DNA of 64,000 bases, from positions 384,001-448,000 of the forward strand of contig CAVUCU010000001.1 in the NCBI GenBank assembly GCA_963740085.1, in the 5' to 3' direction. This DNA comes from Nitrospirota bacterium. Lineage in GTDB: Bacteria > Nitrospirota > UBA9217. The position numbers were made by a program, and so were the translations under genes. Below, one piece after another: positions 27,860-39,680 of this stretch. The notes beneath the pieces were generated by a model. That model did no database searches. It saw only the letters and a program-made list of their open reading frames with translations, and was not told the origin of the DNA. Each line of letters starts with the position of its first letter. Position 1 is the first letter of the stretch.

Positions 27860-28762
27860 CTAAACCTGCAATTTTTTAATCTTCAACTTATTCAGATCCA
27901 TCTGCCCGAGCCCAAGCTTGTGGCCGATCGTCACATATCCAAGATCGCTCCCTTTCATGCCGAACAACGTGGCGCCGTAGGAGTCGATCGCGACCGGGTC
28001 GAACCCGACGATGACGGTATCAAGCTTCTTCACATCGGCAAGGCTGCCGCCCTGGGGACCGTTGGCCGTCAGGATGCGCACGGCATCAAGGATCGTGAGC
28101 GTGGGCTTGATCTTCATGGAGAGGTCGACCAGGCTTTCGTCCAGCTTCTGGTGGATCTGTCTCCGCGACCCGCCCATAACGCCCATCCAGTTCTTCATGG
28201 ACATCGTGAGCTTCGCAAGACCGTGGTGCTTCGCGATCGGGATGTTGATCACCTTGTCCGCCTCAAAGACATCGGTATACAGCGGCCAGGACTTGAGCGC
28301 AACTCCCCTGATATCCATGTCCTTGAACTTCCGTTCGTCCATATAATCCACATCCGCTCCCAATGCCTTTGCTGCGGACGCGATGCCGCTCTGGACGTAG
28401 CACCGCCGGGGATCGTTCACCGGCCGGTCGAAGACCTTCACTTTTTTGGCCCCCGCCTCAAAGCAGAGTTTAACCACGGCCGCGACCACCTCGGGGTTCG
28501 TATTCCCGGCCTGTTCAGGCGTCCGGTCCCACCCGATGTTCGGCTTTATGACGACGATATCGCCCCGGGAGATGAACTTCTTGATCCCGCCCATAGCGTC
28601 AAGCGCCGCCATCACGATCTTCTCGGGAGACGCTCCGTGCGCCACGACAAGGTCCGGCCTGGCCGTTTTCTCAGCAGCCTCGGCAAAGGCGTTTAATCCA
28701 TTGGGGAGAGAAAATCCCGCACCGGTCAAAGCCGCAAGTTTAATAAACGTTCTTCTGTCCAC
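27860..28762 (-). CDS. DUF362 family protein with Tat signal
   Basis: DRRTFIK twin-Arg; VVIKPNIGW, AKHH, KNWMG. Confidence 0.88.
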   Translation of the reverse strand: MDRRTFIKLAALTGAGFSLPNGLNAFAEAAEKTARPDLVVAHGASPEKIVMAALDAMGGIKKFISRGDIVVIKPNIGWDRTPEQAGNTNPEVVAAVVKLCFEAGAKKVKVFDRPVNDPRRCYVQSGIASAAKALGADVDYMDERKFKDMDIRGVALKSWPLYTDVFEADKVINIPIAKHHGLAKLTMSMKNWMGVMGGSRRQIHQKLDESLVDLSMKIKPTLTILDAVRILTANGPQGGSLADVKKLDTVIVGFDPVAIDSYGATLFGMKGSDLGYVTIGHKLGLGQMDLNKLKIKKLQV

Positions 28763-28765
28763 AGG

Positions 28766-30137
28766 TCACCTCACCTTTCCCCTGGCAAGCGATGCGAAAA
28801 TGCCTCCGAAACAGAGCCCCGAGAAGATCATGAACGCGGTTTTCATGCTCAAAAGAAATTGCGGATAGTATTCAGGTGTGATGCGCGCGCTCCCGATGGA
28901 CAGCGAGAATACGACCATGGCGATGCCCATGCTCAGCATCTGTCCGATCAAGCGCATGGTGCCAAGAGTAGATGAGCCCACACCATAGAACTTTTTCTCG
29001 ATGGAACTCATCACCGCGTTCGTGTTCGGCGACGAGAACAAGGCGAACCCGAAGCCCAGGAGCATCAATCCCGTAACGATGAATCCGATGTGAGCCTCCC
29101 GGTCAATGAACGTGAACAGGAACAAACCTGCAACCGTAAAGCCCATACCGATGGAAGCAACGACCCTTGGTTCCATTCTATCAGAAAGTCTGCCGGCAAA
29201 GGGAGAAAAGATGGCCATGACCACGGGCTGGGAGATCAGGATCATGCCGGCGTGCTGGGGTGTAAAACCCTTGATATACTGGAGATAGAGGCTCAGGAGG
29301 AACGTGACGGCATACGTGGCGCTGTAATTAATCAGCGCCGCAAGATTGGAAAAAGCAAAGGCAGGGTTGCGGAAGAAGAGATCCATGTTCAGAGAGAGGA
29401 CTCGCCGCCCTTCTGTCCCAGACAACGAAGAGCAGGCACCCGACTGAGCCGACAAGAATGGACCATACCCCGGAAATTGCAGGCAGGAGAGAAAGCCCGT
29501 ACATGAACGCGACAAGGGTAAAGGCATAGAAGAGAGAGCCGATGGCATCGAACTTCTCTCCCTGTGCCTCAGCCCACTCCCTGTTCAGCTTTGCGACGAC
29601 TAGATAGATCACGAACAATCCCAGCGGAACATTCACCAGGAAGATGCTTCTCCATCCGAACTGATAGGTCAGAAATCCCCCGATGACGGGACCGAGCGAG
29701 AGTCCGAGGTAGACGGCAGCCACATTGATCCCGAGCACACGCCCGCGCTCGGAAGCGGGAAACACCGAGGTCAGGATCGCCATGCCGGTCCCGAAGATCA
29801 TCGCGCTCCCGAACCCCTGCAGGACACGGAGCGAGATAAGCACCGCGGCTGACGGGGAAAAGGCAAGAGCGAGCGAAGAAAGCGTAAATATCCACATGCC
29901 GTAAGCGAAAACCTTCTTCCGGCCGTGGATGTCCGCCAGCCTCCCGAAGGGGACCAGGAACATGGCCGCGGACAGGATGTACGATGCGGGGACCCAGCCC
30001 ATGAGCACGGCGCTCATCTGGAATTCTTTCCCGATTGCAGGGAGTGCGATATTGATGGACGAGACCATGAAGGGGGTGAGGAAAGAGGCGAATGTTGCTA
30101 TAAGAAGGGCCGAACGTTTTAGGGAGGTGTCGTTCAT
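28766..30137 (-). CDS. MFS transporter (DHA2-like), frameshifted at ~29395
   Basis: Two overlapping ORFs give the N half (FGRLADIHGRK) and C half (FSSPNTNAVM); one extra base in a CT run at 29391-29400. Confidence 0.85.
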
Positions 30138-30173
30138 AATCGGTGTTGTGGGACGTAAAGAGCAGGGACCACC

Positions 30174-30392
30174 CTACCTGAATTTATTGATGATGAACAG
30201 GACCAGGCTGATGATAATGCTGATAACAATGCTCGTGGCCAGAGGGAAGTAAAACGTATAATTTTCTTTTTTGATCAAGATATCTCCGGGAAGCTTTCCC
30301 ACAAATGGCAATCGCGGTAAGACCAGAATCGCGAGGCCGACCAGGATCAGGACCACCCCGATGATAATTATAACCTTGGCCGTCTCTCCCAT
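30174..30392 (-). CDS. DUF2905 family membrane protein
   Basis: GKLPGDI..FYFPLATSI motif. Confidence 0.85.
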   Translation of the reverse strand: MGETAKVIIIIGVVLILVGLAILVLPRLPFVGKLPGDILIKKENYTFYFPLATSIVISIIISLVLFIINKFR

Positions 30393-30614
30393 GACAACGC
30401 CCCTGCCCCGAACAAGCCGGGAAATCTTTTAGCCATAGAATTCATGTCAGGCTCAAAGAAAAACCAGCTCAATTGTCTGAATATGATTCATTCTTCCAGT
30501 TTTGTGTCCTTGGCCTGTACCCGGCGCTTACGAGTGCGCATGCAAGAGTGCAGGGTATGCTTTTTGCGGCAAAATATTCTTTTCCTTTTGACTAGAATTT
30601 GACTTCGTAGAAAA

Positions 30615-31457
30615 CTACTCCGTGAAGAAATCGAGTATTTTGGCGAGCGTAACGCGCATTTCCCGCCGGGGCACGATCGCATCGATCATGCCGTGCTCCT
30701 GCAGGAACTCTGCCCGCTGGAACCCGGCCGGCAGCTGCTGCTTGATCGTCTGTTCGATCACGGTGGGTCCGGCAAAACCGATGCGGCTCTTCGGCTCCGC
30801 GATGATGATATCCCCGAGCATGGCAAAGCTTGCCGTGACCCCGCCGAAGGTAGGATCGGTGAGCACCGAGATGAAAGGAAGACCGGCCTCGCCCAGCCTC
30901 GCCGCAGCGGCAGAGGTCTTCGCCATCTGCATGAGCGAAAGGATCCCCTCCTGCATCCGTGCGCCGCCGGACGAAGCCACTGACACGAAGGGCGTCCTTT
31001 TTTCGATGGCGCGCTCAATGGCACGGGTGATCTTCTCACCCACCACCGAGCCCATGCTGCCGCCCATGAATTCGAAGTCCATGACCACCAGTGACACGGA
31101 CTTCCCGCCTATCTTTGCCTCGCCGGAAATGATCGCGTCCTTGAGCCCTGTCTTCTTGCGGCTGCTCTTCAGCTTGTCCTTGTAGTCTTTAAAGTTAAGG
31201 AAATCTCTTGGCGAAAGCCCGTCCTCCACTTCGAGAAAGCTGCCCTCGTCCACCAGATACGGGAGGCGCTCCGAAGCCGAGATGCGAAAGTGGTAGTCGC
31301 ACTTGGGGCAGACCTTGAAATTCTTATCCACCTCTTTGCGGTAGATAATTTCCTTGCAATTGTCGCACTTGACCCAGAGCCCTTCGGGAATTTTCACCTT
31401 TTTTGCCGGTGTTTCCGGTGTGGTGCCCCCGGGTCGTTCTTTTTTAAACCAAGCCAT
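30615..31457 (-). CDS. accD: Acetyl-CoA carboxylase carboxyltransferase beta subunit
   Basis: GLWVKC Zn finger, FMGGSMGSVVGEK, SGGARMQEG, IGFAGP. Confidence 0.97.
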   Translation of the reverse strand: MAWFKKERPGGTTPETPAKKVKIPEGLWVKCDNCKEIIYRKEVDKNFKVCPKCDYHFRISASERLPYLVDEGSFLEVEDGLSPRDFLNFKDYKDKLKSSRKKTGLKDAIISGEAKIGGKSVSLVVMDFEFMGGSMGSVVGEKITRAIERAIEKRTPFVSVASSGGARMQEGILSLMQMAKTSAAAARLGEAGLPFISVLTDPTFGGVTASFAMLGDIIIAEPKSRIGFAGPTVIEQTIKQQLPAGFQRAEFLQEHGMIDAIVPRREMRVTLAKILDFFTE

Positions 31458-31475
31458 AGTTCTCCTGCAAAGACT

Positions 31476-31584
31476 AAATTCGAACTTCTAAATTCTGAAC
31501 AATATCAAATGAGTAAAATTCAGATCGTTTTGAATGCTTGTATCAGGCATCTGTGTCGAACTTCGTCCTTGGAATTTCGACATT
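31476..31584. repeat. Heptamer-periodic imperfect inverted repeat
   Basis: AAATTCG AACTTCT AAATTCT versus TCGAACT TCGTCCT TGGAATT TCGACAT. Confidence 0.6.
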
Positions 31585-31587
31585 GTG

Positions 31588-32355
31588 TTAAAATTTATAC
31601 GTCTTCCCTTCCTGCAGAACCTTCACATTTTTCCGGCCCAGGGCCATCAATTCGCTGATCACCTTCTTTTTATGGACAGGCTTTATGTGGCAGATGTAGA
31701 CCGGCACGTCGTTGTCTATCCGCGCCTTCATGAGGTCCTGATGCAGCTGTCGAGGGGTAAAGTGGCCGCTCAGACTGGCGAGGCCCTCAAGTCTGTTCGG
31801 GAACGACGTATCGACGATGATTGCGTTGAGATTCTCTGCTTTGGCTGCTTCCTTCCAGAGTCCTTCGTTCGGACCGGTATCGGCGCTGTAGATGAACGCC
31901 GACCTGCCGTCGCTCACAAGGAAGCCGACGGCGGGGACCGGATGGTTCATGGGGACCGCCTTTACCTTCAATCCGGCGATGTTCACCGTCCTCCCAACCG
32001 GCATCGGAACATAGGTCAACACCGGATCCTTAGAGGTCGGTAATCTCGTGAAGTCCGGCCAGATGAGGCCGTTCATCAGGTGTTTTCTGATGGCCTCGAT
32101 GACCCCGGGTATCGCCCGGATATTCACCGGCCTTTTAATGCGACCGATGATGTTGTCGGCCAGGAACAGGAGCGACTTGATATGATCGAGATGGGTATGA
32201 CTGATCAGGATGTCAGTGATCTTGAGCTGCGCGGAGAGGGTGAGCGCCGCGGTAATGGTCCCTGCGTCCAGCATCATCACATCATTAACGAGGAACCCCG
32301 CCGGATTGTGCCCTATTGCTTCAGATCCGGAGCAGCCCAGTACTTTTACCTTCAC
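31588..32355 (-). CDS. Class II 3',5'-cyclic nucleotide phosphodiesterase (MBL fold)
   Basis: LGCSG, LDAGT, SHTHLDH, IWPDF, NHPVP, SFPN, HFTP, HIKP. Confidence 0.85.
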   Translation of the reverse strand: MKVKVLGCSGSEAIGHNPAGFLVNDVMMLDAGTITAALTLSAQLKITDILISHTHLDHIKSLLFLADNIIGRIKRPVNIRAIPGVIEAIRKHLMNGLIWPDFTRLPTSKDPVLTYVPMPVGRTVNIAGLKVKAVPMNHPVPAVGFLVSDGRSAFIYSADTGPNEGLWKEAAKAENLNAIIVDTSFPNRLEGLASLSGHFTPRQLHQDLMKARIDNDVPVYICHIKPVHKKKVISELMALGRKNVKVLQEGKTYKF

Positions 32356-32495
32356 ACATCCTCCCTCTTGCTATTCTTTTACTCTGCCAGAAAACAGAGA
32401 TCACGACCGGCTGCTGTTTATCCTTGACGGTCAGGAGTCGAGTTCGTTCACCCGTATGAGATCCTTCATCCTGGCACGGGGGATATTCCGATATG

Positions 32496-32524
32496 ATGAT
32501 ATGATTATTGTACTGTCTTGTCAA
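32496..32524 (-). promoter_or_regulatory. sigma70 promoter for PDE-accD
   Basis: TTGACA-17-TATCAT on the minus strand. Confidence 0.55.
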
Positions 32525-32557
32525 GACGCTCTACCTTTTTCTCTCTGCGGCTTTTAT

Positions 32558-33379
32558 TTAACCTTTCCGTTCGCCGCGTCCAAGCAGTACCCCCTGTTTC
32601 AGCGCCTTCACGAAAGCCACAACGCGGGATACGAGCTCCTCATTGCCGATGTTCTCTTCGATCACCCTCACGAGCGCGCTGCCCACGATCACCCCGTCGG
32701 CGCCCCACATGGCAACCTGCGCAGCCTGGTCAGGCGAGGAGATGCCGAACCCGACGGCAACCGGTTTGTCGGTCACGGGTTTGATCCTGAGCAGGGCGTC
32801 CTTGATCGAGTTCTGGACTGCGAGTGTTGAGCCGGTTACGCCGGTGAGCGACACGTAATAGACAAAGCCTTGCGTAGCCTTCGCGACAAGCTTGATCCGA
32901 TCTTCGGTACTGGTGGGTGCGATCAGGAAAATGGTATCGAGGCCCTCCTTCTTTGCCGGCAGCATCAGTGTCCCTGCCTCTTCGGGAGGAAGGTCCGGCA
33001 GGATGAGGCCGTCCAGCCCGGCGGCAACAGCATCGTGGACAAATCGCTCTTCCCCGTACTTGAAGATCAGGTTGTAATAGGTCATGAGAATGAGCGGAAT
33101 CGAGCTCGTTTTGCGTACATCGGCCACCAGGCCGAGGACATCGGCAACACTGGTCCGGTTCGCCAGCGAACGGAGGGCCGCCTTCTGGATCACGGGTCCG
33201 TCAGCCAAGGGATCGGAGAACGGCGCGCCGAGCTCAATGAGATCACTTCCCGCCTTTTCCATCTCAAGGATCAGCGTTTTTGTTGTGGCGAGGTCCGGGT
33301 CTCCCGCCATGATATACGGGATGAGCGCGGTCTCGTTCTTTTTCTTGAGCCGCTTGAAGGTGTTTTTAATTCTCGACAT
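32558..33379 (-). CDS. trpA: Tryptophan synthase alpha chain
   Basis: AGDPD, ELGAPFSDPLADGPVIQ, YYVSLTGVTG, VGFGI. Confidence 0.97.
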   Translation of the reverse strand: MSRIKNTFKRLKKKNETALIPYIMAGDPDLATTKTLILEMEKAGSDLIELGAPFSDPLADGPVIQKAALRSLANRTSVADVLGLVADVRKTSSIPLILMTYYNLIFKYGEERFVHDAVAAGLDGLILPDLPPEEAGTLMLPAKKEGLDTIFLIAPTSTEDRIKLVAKATQGFVYYVSLTGVTGSTLAVQNSIKDALLRIKPVTDKPVAVGFGISSPDQAAQVAMWGADGVIVGSALVRVIEENIGNEELVSRVVAFVKALKQGVLLGRGERKG

Positions 33380-33500
33380 GATCTTTCCTATTGCGACGAA
33401 GATGGAACGGTCATAAGCCGTTTCCCCGCCCCCGTTTGCGACGGTGTTCCCGGCATGGTTTCCTTCCGGGCAACTGATTTGAACCAGAGAAAGCGGCCAT

Positions 33501-34691
33501 TTACAAATCTACACCTTTGATCTTCGCCACCTGCATCACGTCCTTGTCTCCCCGGCCCGACAGGTTCACGATAACAACCTTGTCTTTGCCGAGCGTCGGC
33601 GCAAGCTTGAGACAATACGCTACGGCGTGCGCACTCTCGAGGGCCGGGATGATGCCCTCCAGGCGCGCGAGCAGATCAAAGGCCTCCATGGCTTCTTCAT
33701 CGACGGCGTAGGTGTATTCGATCCGACCGGTATCGTGATACAACGCGTGTTCCGGTCCCACTGCGGCGTAATCCAGGCCAGCTGAAACGGAATGTGTCAT
33801 CTCGATCTGGCCCTGTTCGTCCTGGAGCACGAATGTTTTGCAGCCCTGGAGAACTCCGAGTGAACCGCCGGCAAAGCGCGCCGCATGCTTTCCGCGTTCG
33901 ATGCCGAGACCGCCAGCCTCGATGCCGTACATCTTTATGGCGGATTCTTTCAAAAACTCGGTAAAAAGCCCCATGGCATTCGAGCCGCCGCCTACGCACG
34001 CAACGAGACAATCCGGCAGACGTCCTTCCATCTTCATGATCTGCTTCCTTGCCTCGCGGCCGATCACGGACTGGAAGTCACGCACCATCATGGGGAACGG
34101 GTGTGGCCCGAAGACCGTACCCAATACGTAATGCGTAGTTGCCACGTTCGTGATCCAGTCGCGCATGGCCTCGTTGATCGCGTCCTTGAGCGTTTTACTG
34201 CCGATGTTCACAGGCCGCACCGTCGTTCCGAGAAGCTTCATGCGGAACACGTTCAGTGACTGGCGCGCCACATCGTCTGTGCCCATGTAGACCTCGCAGT
34301 CGAGACCGAACATGGCAGCTGCGGTTGCCGTTGCCACACCGTGCTGGCCCGCCCCGGTCTCGGCAACCACGCGGGTCTTTCCCATTCGCCTGGCGAGCAG
34401 GACCTGGGCAAGAGAGTTGTTGATCTTGTGAGCGCCGGTGTGGCAAAGGTCCTCTCGCTTCAGGTAGATCTTCGCTCCTCCCAGGTGCTCGGTGAGCCGT
34501 CTGGCAAAATAGAGCGGCGTGGGACGGCCGATGAATTCCCGGTTATAGAACTCGAGCTCGGCCAGATATCCCTTGTCCTTCTTCGCGGCAAGATAGGCGG
34601 ACTCCAGTTCCAAGAGGGCGGGCATGAGCGTCTCAGGCGCAAATTTCCCGCCATAGATGCCGAAGTGTCCCTTTTTGTCAGGCATGCTCAC
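33501..34691 (-). CDS. trpB: Tryptophan synthase beta chain
   Basis: [38 protein letters not shown]. Confidence 0.98.
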   Translation of the reverse strand: MSMPDKKGHFGIYGGKFAPETLMPALLELESAYLAAKKDKGYLAELEFYNREFIGRPTPLYFARRLTEHLGGAKIYLKREDLCHTGAHKINNSLAQVLLARRMGKTRVVAETGAGQHGVATATAAAMFGLDCEVYMGTDDVARQSLNVFRMKLLGTTVRPVNIGSKTLKDAINEAMRDWITNVATTHYVLGTVFGPHPFPMMVRDFQSVIGREARKQIMKMEGRLPDCLVACVGGGSNAMGLFTEFLKESAIKMYGIEAGGLGIERGKHAARFAGGSLGVLQGCKTFVLQDEQGQIEMTHSVSAGLDYAAVGPEHALYHDTGRIEYTYAVDEEAMEAFDLLARLEGIIPALESAHAVAYCLKLAPTLGKDKVVIVNLSGRGDKDVMQVAKIKGVDL

Positions 34692-35308
34692 GGCCTCGAT
34701 GCCCTCCTGACCTCGGTGATGAATTTCTTGAGTTTCGCATGGTCCTTGATCCCTTTTTCCTTCTCCACGCCGCCTGCGACATCAACGGCGTAGGGCTGAA
34801 CCAGCTTCACGGCCTCTGCCACATTCTCGGGCGTGAGACCGCCGGCCAGAATGATCTTGCCGAAGGTCTTTGCGACCACCGCAAGGTGCCAATCAAAGGT
34901 CGTTCCCGTCCCGCCCCGTATTCCCTCGCGGTAGCTGTCGAGCAGAAACGCGCCGACACGGTAATGCGCCATGGCCTTCAGACTTTCCTTGTCCTTCACC
35001 TGAAATGCCTTGATCACCCGGTTCTCGAACCGTTGACAAAACTCCGGGGTCTCGTCTCCATGAAGCTGAATTGCCTGGATGCAGGTCCTGTGCTGGATTT
35101 CACGTATCCTGTCCTCACGCTCGTTCACAAAAATTCCAACCGGCATCATGAGCGGCGGCAATTGAGCGATGACCTCGGTCGCCTTCTCCGGTTCGATGTA
35201 ACGAGGACTTTTCTTATAGAAGTTGAAGCCCAGCGCATCCGCTCCGGCATCAGCTGCCGCCAGCGCATCGTCCAGATTGGTAATGCCGCAGATCTTTATT
35301 TTTATCAT
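34688..35308 (-). CDS. trpF: Phosphoribosylanthranilate isomerase
   Basis: IKICGIT, QLHGDE, GGTG, LAGGL. Confidence 0.96.
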   Translation of the reverse strand: MIKIKICGITNLDDALAAADAGADALGFNFYKKSPRYIEPEKATEVIAQLPPLMMPVGIFVNEREDRIREIQHRTCIQAIQLHGDETPEFCQRFENRVIKAFQVKDKESLKAMAHYRVGAFLLDSYREGIRGGTGTTFDWHLAVVAKTFGKIILAGGLTPENVAEAVKLVQPYAVDVAGGVEKEKGIKDHAKLKKFITEVRRASRP

Positions 35309-35360
35309 AAGTTTTATCGGCCTCAAGCAGGAGCCCGGCGCGCCGCGCCCTCCATCGACC

Positions 35361-36140
35361 TTATTCCTTTCCCAGGAGTTCTTTCACTTTCTTTCCGATA
35401 TCCGTCTCCCGCATCAGACTCTCACCTACAAGGACCGCATCCACGCCGGCGTCATGCAGTTTGACCACATCTGACCGTGTCCTGATCCCGCTCTCGCTGA
35501 CCACCATTCGGTCATCGGGAATATCCTTCAACAGATCAAGCGTCGTCTGCAAACTCACCGCAAAGGTTTTCAGATCCCGATTATTGATCCCCACGAGCGC
35601 TGCCCCCGCGTGCAGGGTTTTGTCCAGTTCTTTATAGGTATGCGACTCGACCAGCACATCGAGACCGAGTTGACGTGCGATCTCAAGATAATCCTCGATC
35701 TGTTGTTTTTCCAGACACGCCGCGATCAGCAGGATAGCGTCTGCCCCGGCCGCCCGCGCCTCGTGGATCTGATACTCATCGATAATAAAATCTTTGCGCA
35801 GAAGCGGCAGCTTTACGACCTTCCTGATCCGGCCCAGATACTCGAGATCGCCCTGAAAGAATTTTCTTTCCGTCAGGACCGAAAGGCACGACGCGCCATA
35901 CTTCTCGTAGATCTGCGAGATCTTTACGGGATCAAAGTCCTCGCGGATCACGCCTTTCGAAGGAGATGCCTTCTTAACCTCGGCTATCAGCCGGATACCA
36001 CCCGTGCCGGAAAGCGCTTTCCCAAATCCCCGGGTTGGCGCCGCATCCAAGGCCTTTGACCTGATATCAGGAAATGGCGCTTGACGTTTCGTCTCAGACA
36101 GTTCCTCTTTCTTATGTGCGATAATCTCATCTAAGATCAT
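35361..36140 (-). CDS. trpC: Indole-3-glycerol phosphate synthase
   Basis: IAEVKKASPSKG, LRKDFI, GINNRDL, SESGI. Confidence 0.97.
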   Translation of the reverse strand: MILDEIIAHKKEELSETKRQAPFPDIRSKALDAAPTRGFGKALSGTGGIRLIAEVKKASPSKGVIREDFDPVKISQIYEKYGASCLSVLTERKFFQGDLEYLGRIRKVVKLPLLRKDFIIDEYQIHEARAAGADAILLIAACLEKQQIEDYLEIARQLGLDVLVESHTYKELDKTLHAGAALVGINNRDLKTFAVSLQTTLDLLKDIPDDRMVVSESGIRTRSDVVKLHDAGVDAVLVGESLMRETDIGKKVKELLGKE

Positions 36141-36178
36141 TCCGCCGTTCTTCCTGACACGTAACCATGCCCCTGACC

Positions 36179-37192
36179 CTATACTGAATTCGTAAACGCC
36201 TTCAGCTGTTCCACTTTCCTCAATGCGGCTCCGGAATCTATCGATTCCGCGGCAAGTCTGATCCCTTCCTTGAAATCAAGCGTCTTTCCTGAAGCAACAA
36301 AACCTGCGGCACCGTTCATCAGCACAATATCGCGGCGCGGGCCTTTTTGACCTTTCAGGATATCACGGGTTATGGTCGCGTTCTCTTTCGCATCACCGCC
36401 CCTGAGATCTTCGACCTTTCCGACCGGCAGGCCGAAATCAGAGGGATGAATGACATAGTCCTTTACCTTCCCGTCTTTGAACTCCGAGACCCTGGTCTTG
36501 CCCGTGATCGTGATCTCGTCCAGACCGTCCATGCCATGCACCACGAATGCATGCGCGGCGCCGAGATTGCCGAGCGCCTGGGCTAGCGGTATGGTCAGTT
36601 CAGCGGCATACACCCCCATGATCTGTGAGGTTACGTTTGCCGGGTTCGTGAGCGGACCGAGGATATTGAACAGCGTCCGGATGCCGATCTCTCTTCTTGG
36701 GCCGATCGCGTATTTCATTGCCTGGTGCATCAAGGGCGCGAACAGGAAGGCAATGCCCACGTCTCTCATGCACTCTTCCACCCGATGGGAAGGGATCTCG
36801 ATGTTGACGCCGAGGGCCTGGAGCACGTCAGCACTGCCACTCTTGCTCGAAACCGACCTGTTGCCGTGCTTGGCCACCGTAACGCCCGCGCCGGCGACGA
36901 CAAATGCCACGGTCGTCGAGATATTGAATGTATGCGCCATATCGCCACCGGTGCCGCAGGTATCAAGCTGGTATTTCGCATCGAGCTTGATCCGCACGGC
37001 CTTCTCGCGCATGACCCGCGCGGACCCGGTGATCTCCTCAACCGTCTCGCCCTTCATGCGGAGCGCGGTGATGTAGGAGGCGATCTGGGCGTCCGTTGCC
37101 TCGCCTTGCATGATCTCGCGCATCACGGCCTCGGCCTCGGCCTCAGTGAGGTTGGTTTTCGTAACGACCTTTGCGATGGCTTCTTTGATCAT
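36179..37192 (-). CDS. trpD: Anthranilate phosphoribosyltransferase
   Basis: [33 protein letters not shown]. Confidence 0.97.
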   Translation of the reverse strand: MIKEAIAKVVTKTNLTEAEAEAVMREIMQGEATDAQIASYITALRMKGETVEEITGSARVMREKAVRIKLDAKYQLDTCGTGGDMAHTFNISTTVAFVVAGAGVTVAKHGNRSVSSKSGSADVLQALGVNIEIPSHRVEECMRDVGIAFLFAPLMHQAMKYAIGPRREIGIRTLFNILGPLTNPANVTSQIMGVYAAELTIPLAQALGNLGAAHAFVVHGMDGLDEITITGKTRVSEFKDGKVKDYVIHPSDFGLPVGKVEDLRGGDAKENATITRDILKGQKGPRRDIVLMNGAAGFVASGKTLDFKEGIRLAAESIDSGAALRKVEQLKAFTNSV

Positions 37193-37203
37193 AAACACAC
37201 CCC

Positions 37204-37270
37204 GCCACGAAGACACCAAGACTCAAAGGGAAAACAGTTTATTTTCTTAGTGCCTTCGTGCCTTAGTGGC
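37204..37270. repeat. Octamer-periodic hairpin between trpG and trpD
   Basis: CACGAAGA CACCAAGA CTCAAAGG versus CTTAGTGC CTTCGTGC CTTAGTGG. Confidence 0.7.
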
Positions 37271-37280
37271 AGCATTTGGT

Positions 37281-37844
37281 TCAAAGCTTTAAAAAATTCC
37301 TGAGCAGGTCTTTGCCCACACTGGTCAGGATCGACTCGGGATGGAATTGCACCCCCTCCACCTTGAACTCCTTGTGCCGCACCCCCATGATGATGCCGTC
37401 TTCGGTCCATGCTGAAATTTCGAGCACCGACGGCAGGGTATCGCGCTGAATGATAAGTGAATGGTATCTCGTGGCCTCAAAGGGGTTTTGAAGACCACTG
37501 AAAATGGTCTTTCCATCATGGTGGATCATGGAGGTCTTGCCGTGCATAAGATAGGGTGCGCGGATGACATCTCCGCCGAAGGCCTCGCCGATGGACTGGT
37601 GGCCAAGGCAGACACCCAGGACAGGGACCCTGCCCGCGAAGTGTTTTATCACCTCGATCGATATCCCCGCCTCCCGGGGAGTACACGGCCCGGGAGATAT
37701 CACGATCCGTTCCGGTTTCATTATTTCGATCTCTGCGATCGTGATCTTGTTGTTCCGGTACACATTCAGGTCCTGGCCCAGCTCGCCCAGATACTGGACA
37801 AGGTTATAGGTGAAGGAATCGTAATTGTCGATCATCAATAACAT
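37281..37844 (-). CDS. trpG: Anthranilate synthase component II
   Basis: [33 protein letters not shown]. Confidence 0.96.
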   Translation of the reverse strand: MLLMIDNYDSFTYNLVQYLGELGQDLNVYRNNKITIAEIEIMKPERIVISPGPCTPREAGISIEVIKHFAGRVPVLGVCLGHQSIGEAFGGDVIRAPYLMHGKTSMIHHDGKTIFSGLQNPFEATRYHSLIIQRDTLPSVLEISAWTEDGIIMGVRHKEFKVEGVQFHPESILTSVGKDLLRNFLKL

Positions 37845-37860
37845 AATAAAAACCTCTATC

Positions 37861-37953
37861 TCTCGCGGAGGCGCAGAGAACGCGGAGAGAAACAACGTCA
37901 AGATCTTCGGTTCAACTCTGCGCGCTCTGCGCCTCTGCGAGACACGCGCCTTT
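37861..37953. repeat. Dispersed palindromic element R1, copy c (short), between trpE and trpG
   Basis: TCTCGCGGAGGCGCAGAGAACGCGGAGA..CAAGAT..AACTCTGCGCGCTCTGCGCCTCTGCGAGA..CGCCTTT matches 4921-5100. Confidence 0.8.
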
Positions 37954-39439
37954 AATCCAGCCCCTTCTCCGCCATTGCCACGGCCCGCATCATGGCCTTT
38001 GCCTTGTTCACCGTTTCCTGATACTCGGCAGCCGGATCGCTGTCCGCCACCACGCCGCCGCCTGCTTGAATGTACGCAACGTTGTCTTTGATCACCAGCG
38101 TGCGGATCGTGATGCAGGTGTCCATGTTGCCCGAGAACCCGAAATACCCGACCGCGCCCGCATACGGCCCGCGCCGCGTGGGTTCAAGCTCATCGATGAT
38201 CTGCATGGCCCGGATCTTTGGTGCGCCCGACACCGTGCCAGCCGGAAAACACGCCCGGATCACGTCATAAGAGTCCTTGCCGCTGGACAATTTGCCGCGC
38301 ACGTTCGACACGATATGCATCACGTGGGAATACCGCTCGATCACCATGAGTTCGCTCACCTTCACGCTGCCCGGCTCGCTCACCCGGCCCACATCGTTCC
38401 TCCCGAGGTCCACGAGCATGATATGCTCGGCCCGTTCTTTCGGATCAGCAAGAAGTTCCCCGGCGAGCGCCTTGTCCTCTTCTTCCGTTGCGCCGCGACG
38501 GCGCGTGCCCGCGATCGGTCTGAGGTCGATCGTGCCGCCCTCAAGTCTTACCATGACCTCGGGAGACGCGCCCACAACCGTTGCGTCGCCGCAGCGAAGA
38601 AAATACATATACGGTGACGGGTTGACCAGCCGCAGAGCGCGATAGATCTCATAAGGCTCGATAGTGATCTTCGTCCGGAACCGCTGGGACGGAACCACCT
38701 GGAAGATGTCCCCTGCCTTGATGTACTCCTTCGCTTTCAGCACTGCTTGTTCATACTGCTGCCGGGTGAAATTGGACGCGAGGATGTGCTCCCCTGTCCT
38801 CAATTTCTTCCTGACCCTTTTCCCCTGACCCCTGACCCCCGCTTTCAGCTTCCTGACCAGGGCGTTGATCTTCTTCGCGGCCTCTTGATAGGCGACCTCG
38901 GCTGACCTGCCCTTCACATGCGCATTCGAAACGACTTTGATCATGTGGGTGATGTTGTCGAAGATAACCAGTGTGTCGGTTATCATGAAAAAGACGTCAG
39001 GAATGTCGAGACCATTCTTCTCATTGCCCGACAGTTCCTCAAAGAAGCGGACCACGTCGTATCCCATGAACCCGACAGCGCCGCCGAAAAAACGCGGCAG
39101 CGATGGATCGGGCACGGGAACATACGCGGACAGGACCTTCTTGATCACCTCAAGCGGATCATGTTCAAAGGACGATTTTTGAGTTTTCCCGTCCCTGATG
39201 ATTTCTACCGTGCGGCCGAAGCTTCTGATAACGACCGACGGTCTGCTTCCGAGGAACGAATAACGCGCCCACTTCTCACCGCCTTCCATGCTCTCGAGCA
39301 GAAAGGAATGTCTGTGGTCATCGATCTTCTGAAACGCTGACACCGGTGTTTCCATATCCGCAAGGATCTCGCGGTACACGGGAATGAGGTTGCCCTGTTT
39401 CGCCTTCTTTTTGAAGTCCTCAAGAGTGGGCTGGAACAT
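37952..39439 (-). CDS. trpE: Anthranilate synthase component I
   Basis: [39 protein letters not shown]. Confidence 0.97.
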   Translation of the reverse strand: MFQPTLEDFKKKAKQGNLIPVYREILADMETPVSAFQKIDDHRHSFLLESMEGGEKWARYSFLGSRPSVVIRSFGRTVEIIRDGKTQKSSFEHDPLEVIKKVLSAYVPVPDPSLPRFFGGAVGFMGYDVVRFFEELSGNEKNGLDIPDVFFMITDTLVIFDNITHMIKVVSNAHVKGRSAEVAYQEAAKKINALVRKLKAGVRGQGKRVRKKLRTGEHILASNFTRQQYEQAVLKAKEYIKAGDIFQVVPSQRFRTKITIEPYEIYRALRLVNPSPYMYFLRCGDATVVGASPEVMVRLEGGTIDLRPIAGTRRRGATEEEDKALAGELLADPKERAEHIMLVDLGRNDVGRVSEPGSVKVSELMVIERYSHVMHIVSNVRGKLSSGKDSYDVIRACFPAGTVSGAPKIRAMQIIDELEPTRRGPYAGAVGYFGFSGNMDTCITIRTLVIKDNVAYIQAGGGVVADSDPAAEYQETVNKAKAMMRAVAMAEKGLD

Positions 39440-39469
39440 AAAACTCCTTGCAAAATAAGAGGTTTGTGT

Positions 39470-39499
39470 ACTATAACAGATAATTTAAAGAAGTGTCAA
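39470..39499 (-). promoter_or_regulatory. sigma70 promoter of the trp operon
   Basis: TTGACA-18-TATAGT with TG extended -10. Confidence 0.55.
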
Positions 39500-39680
39500 T
39501 GAGAAATAAGCGTTGAGATTTGAAGATCCGCAAGAGAGTTTGAAGGGCTGATCAAGTCGGCTATTTATCCAGGGGAAAGCAGTTCATTAGCCAATGACGC
39601 ACATGGATTAAAACAACTTAAAAAAACAGCTCGGCCAGAGTGAGCTTGATGCTCCTCGATTTTCATTCCGCAATCCTGGA

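Noticed and set aside
39440-39680. trp attenuator or T-box
   Set aside because: The promoter lies ~30 nt from trpE; no Trp leader peptide or T-box motif
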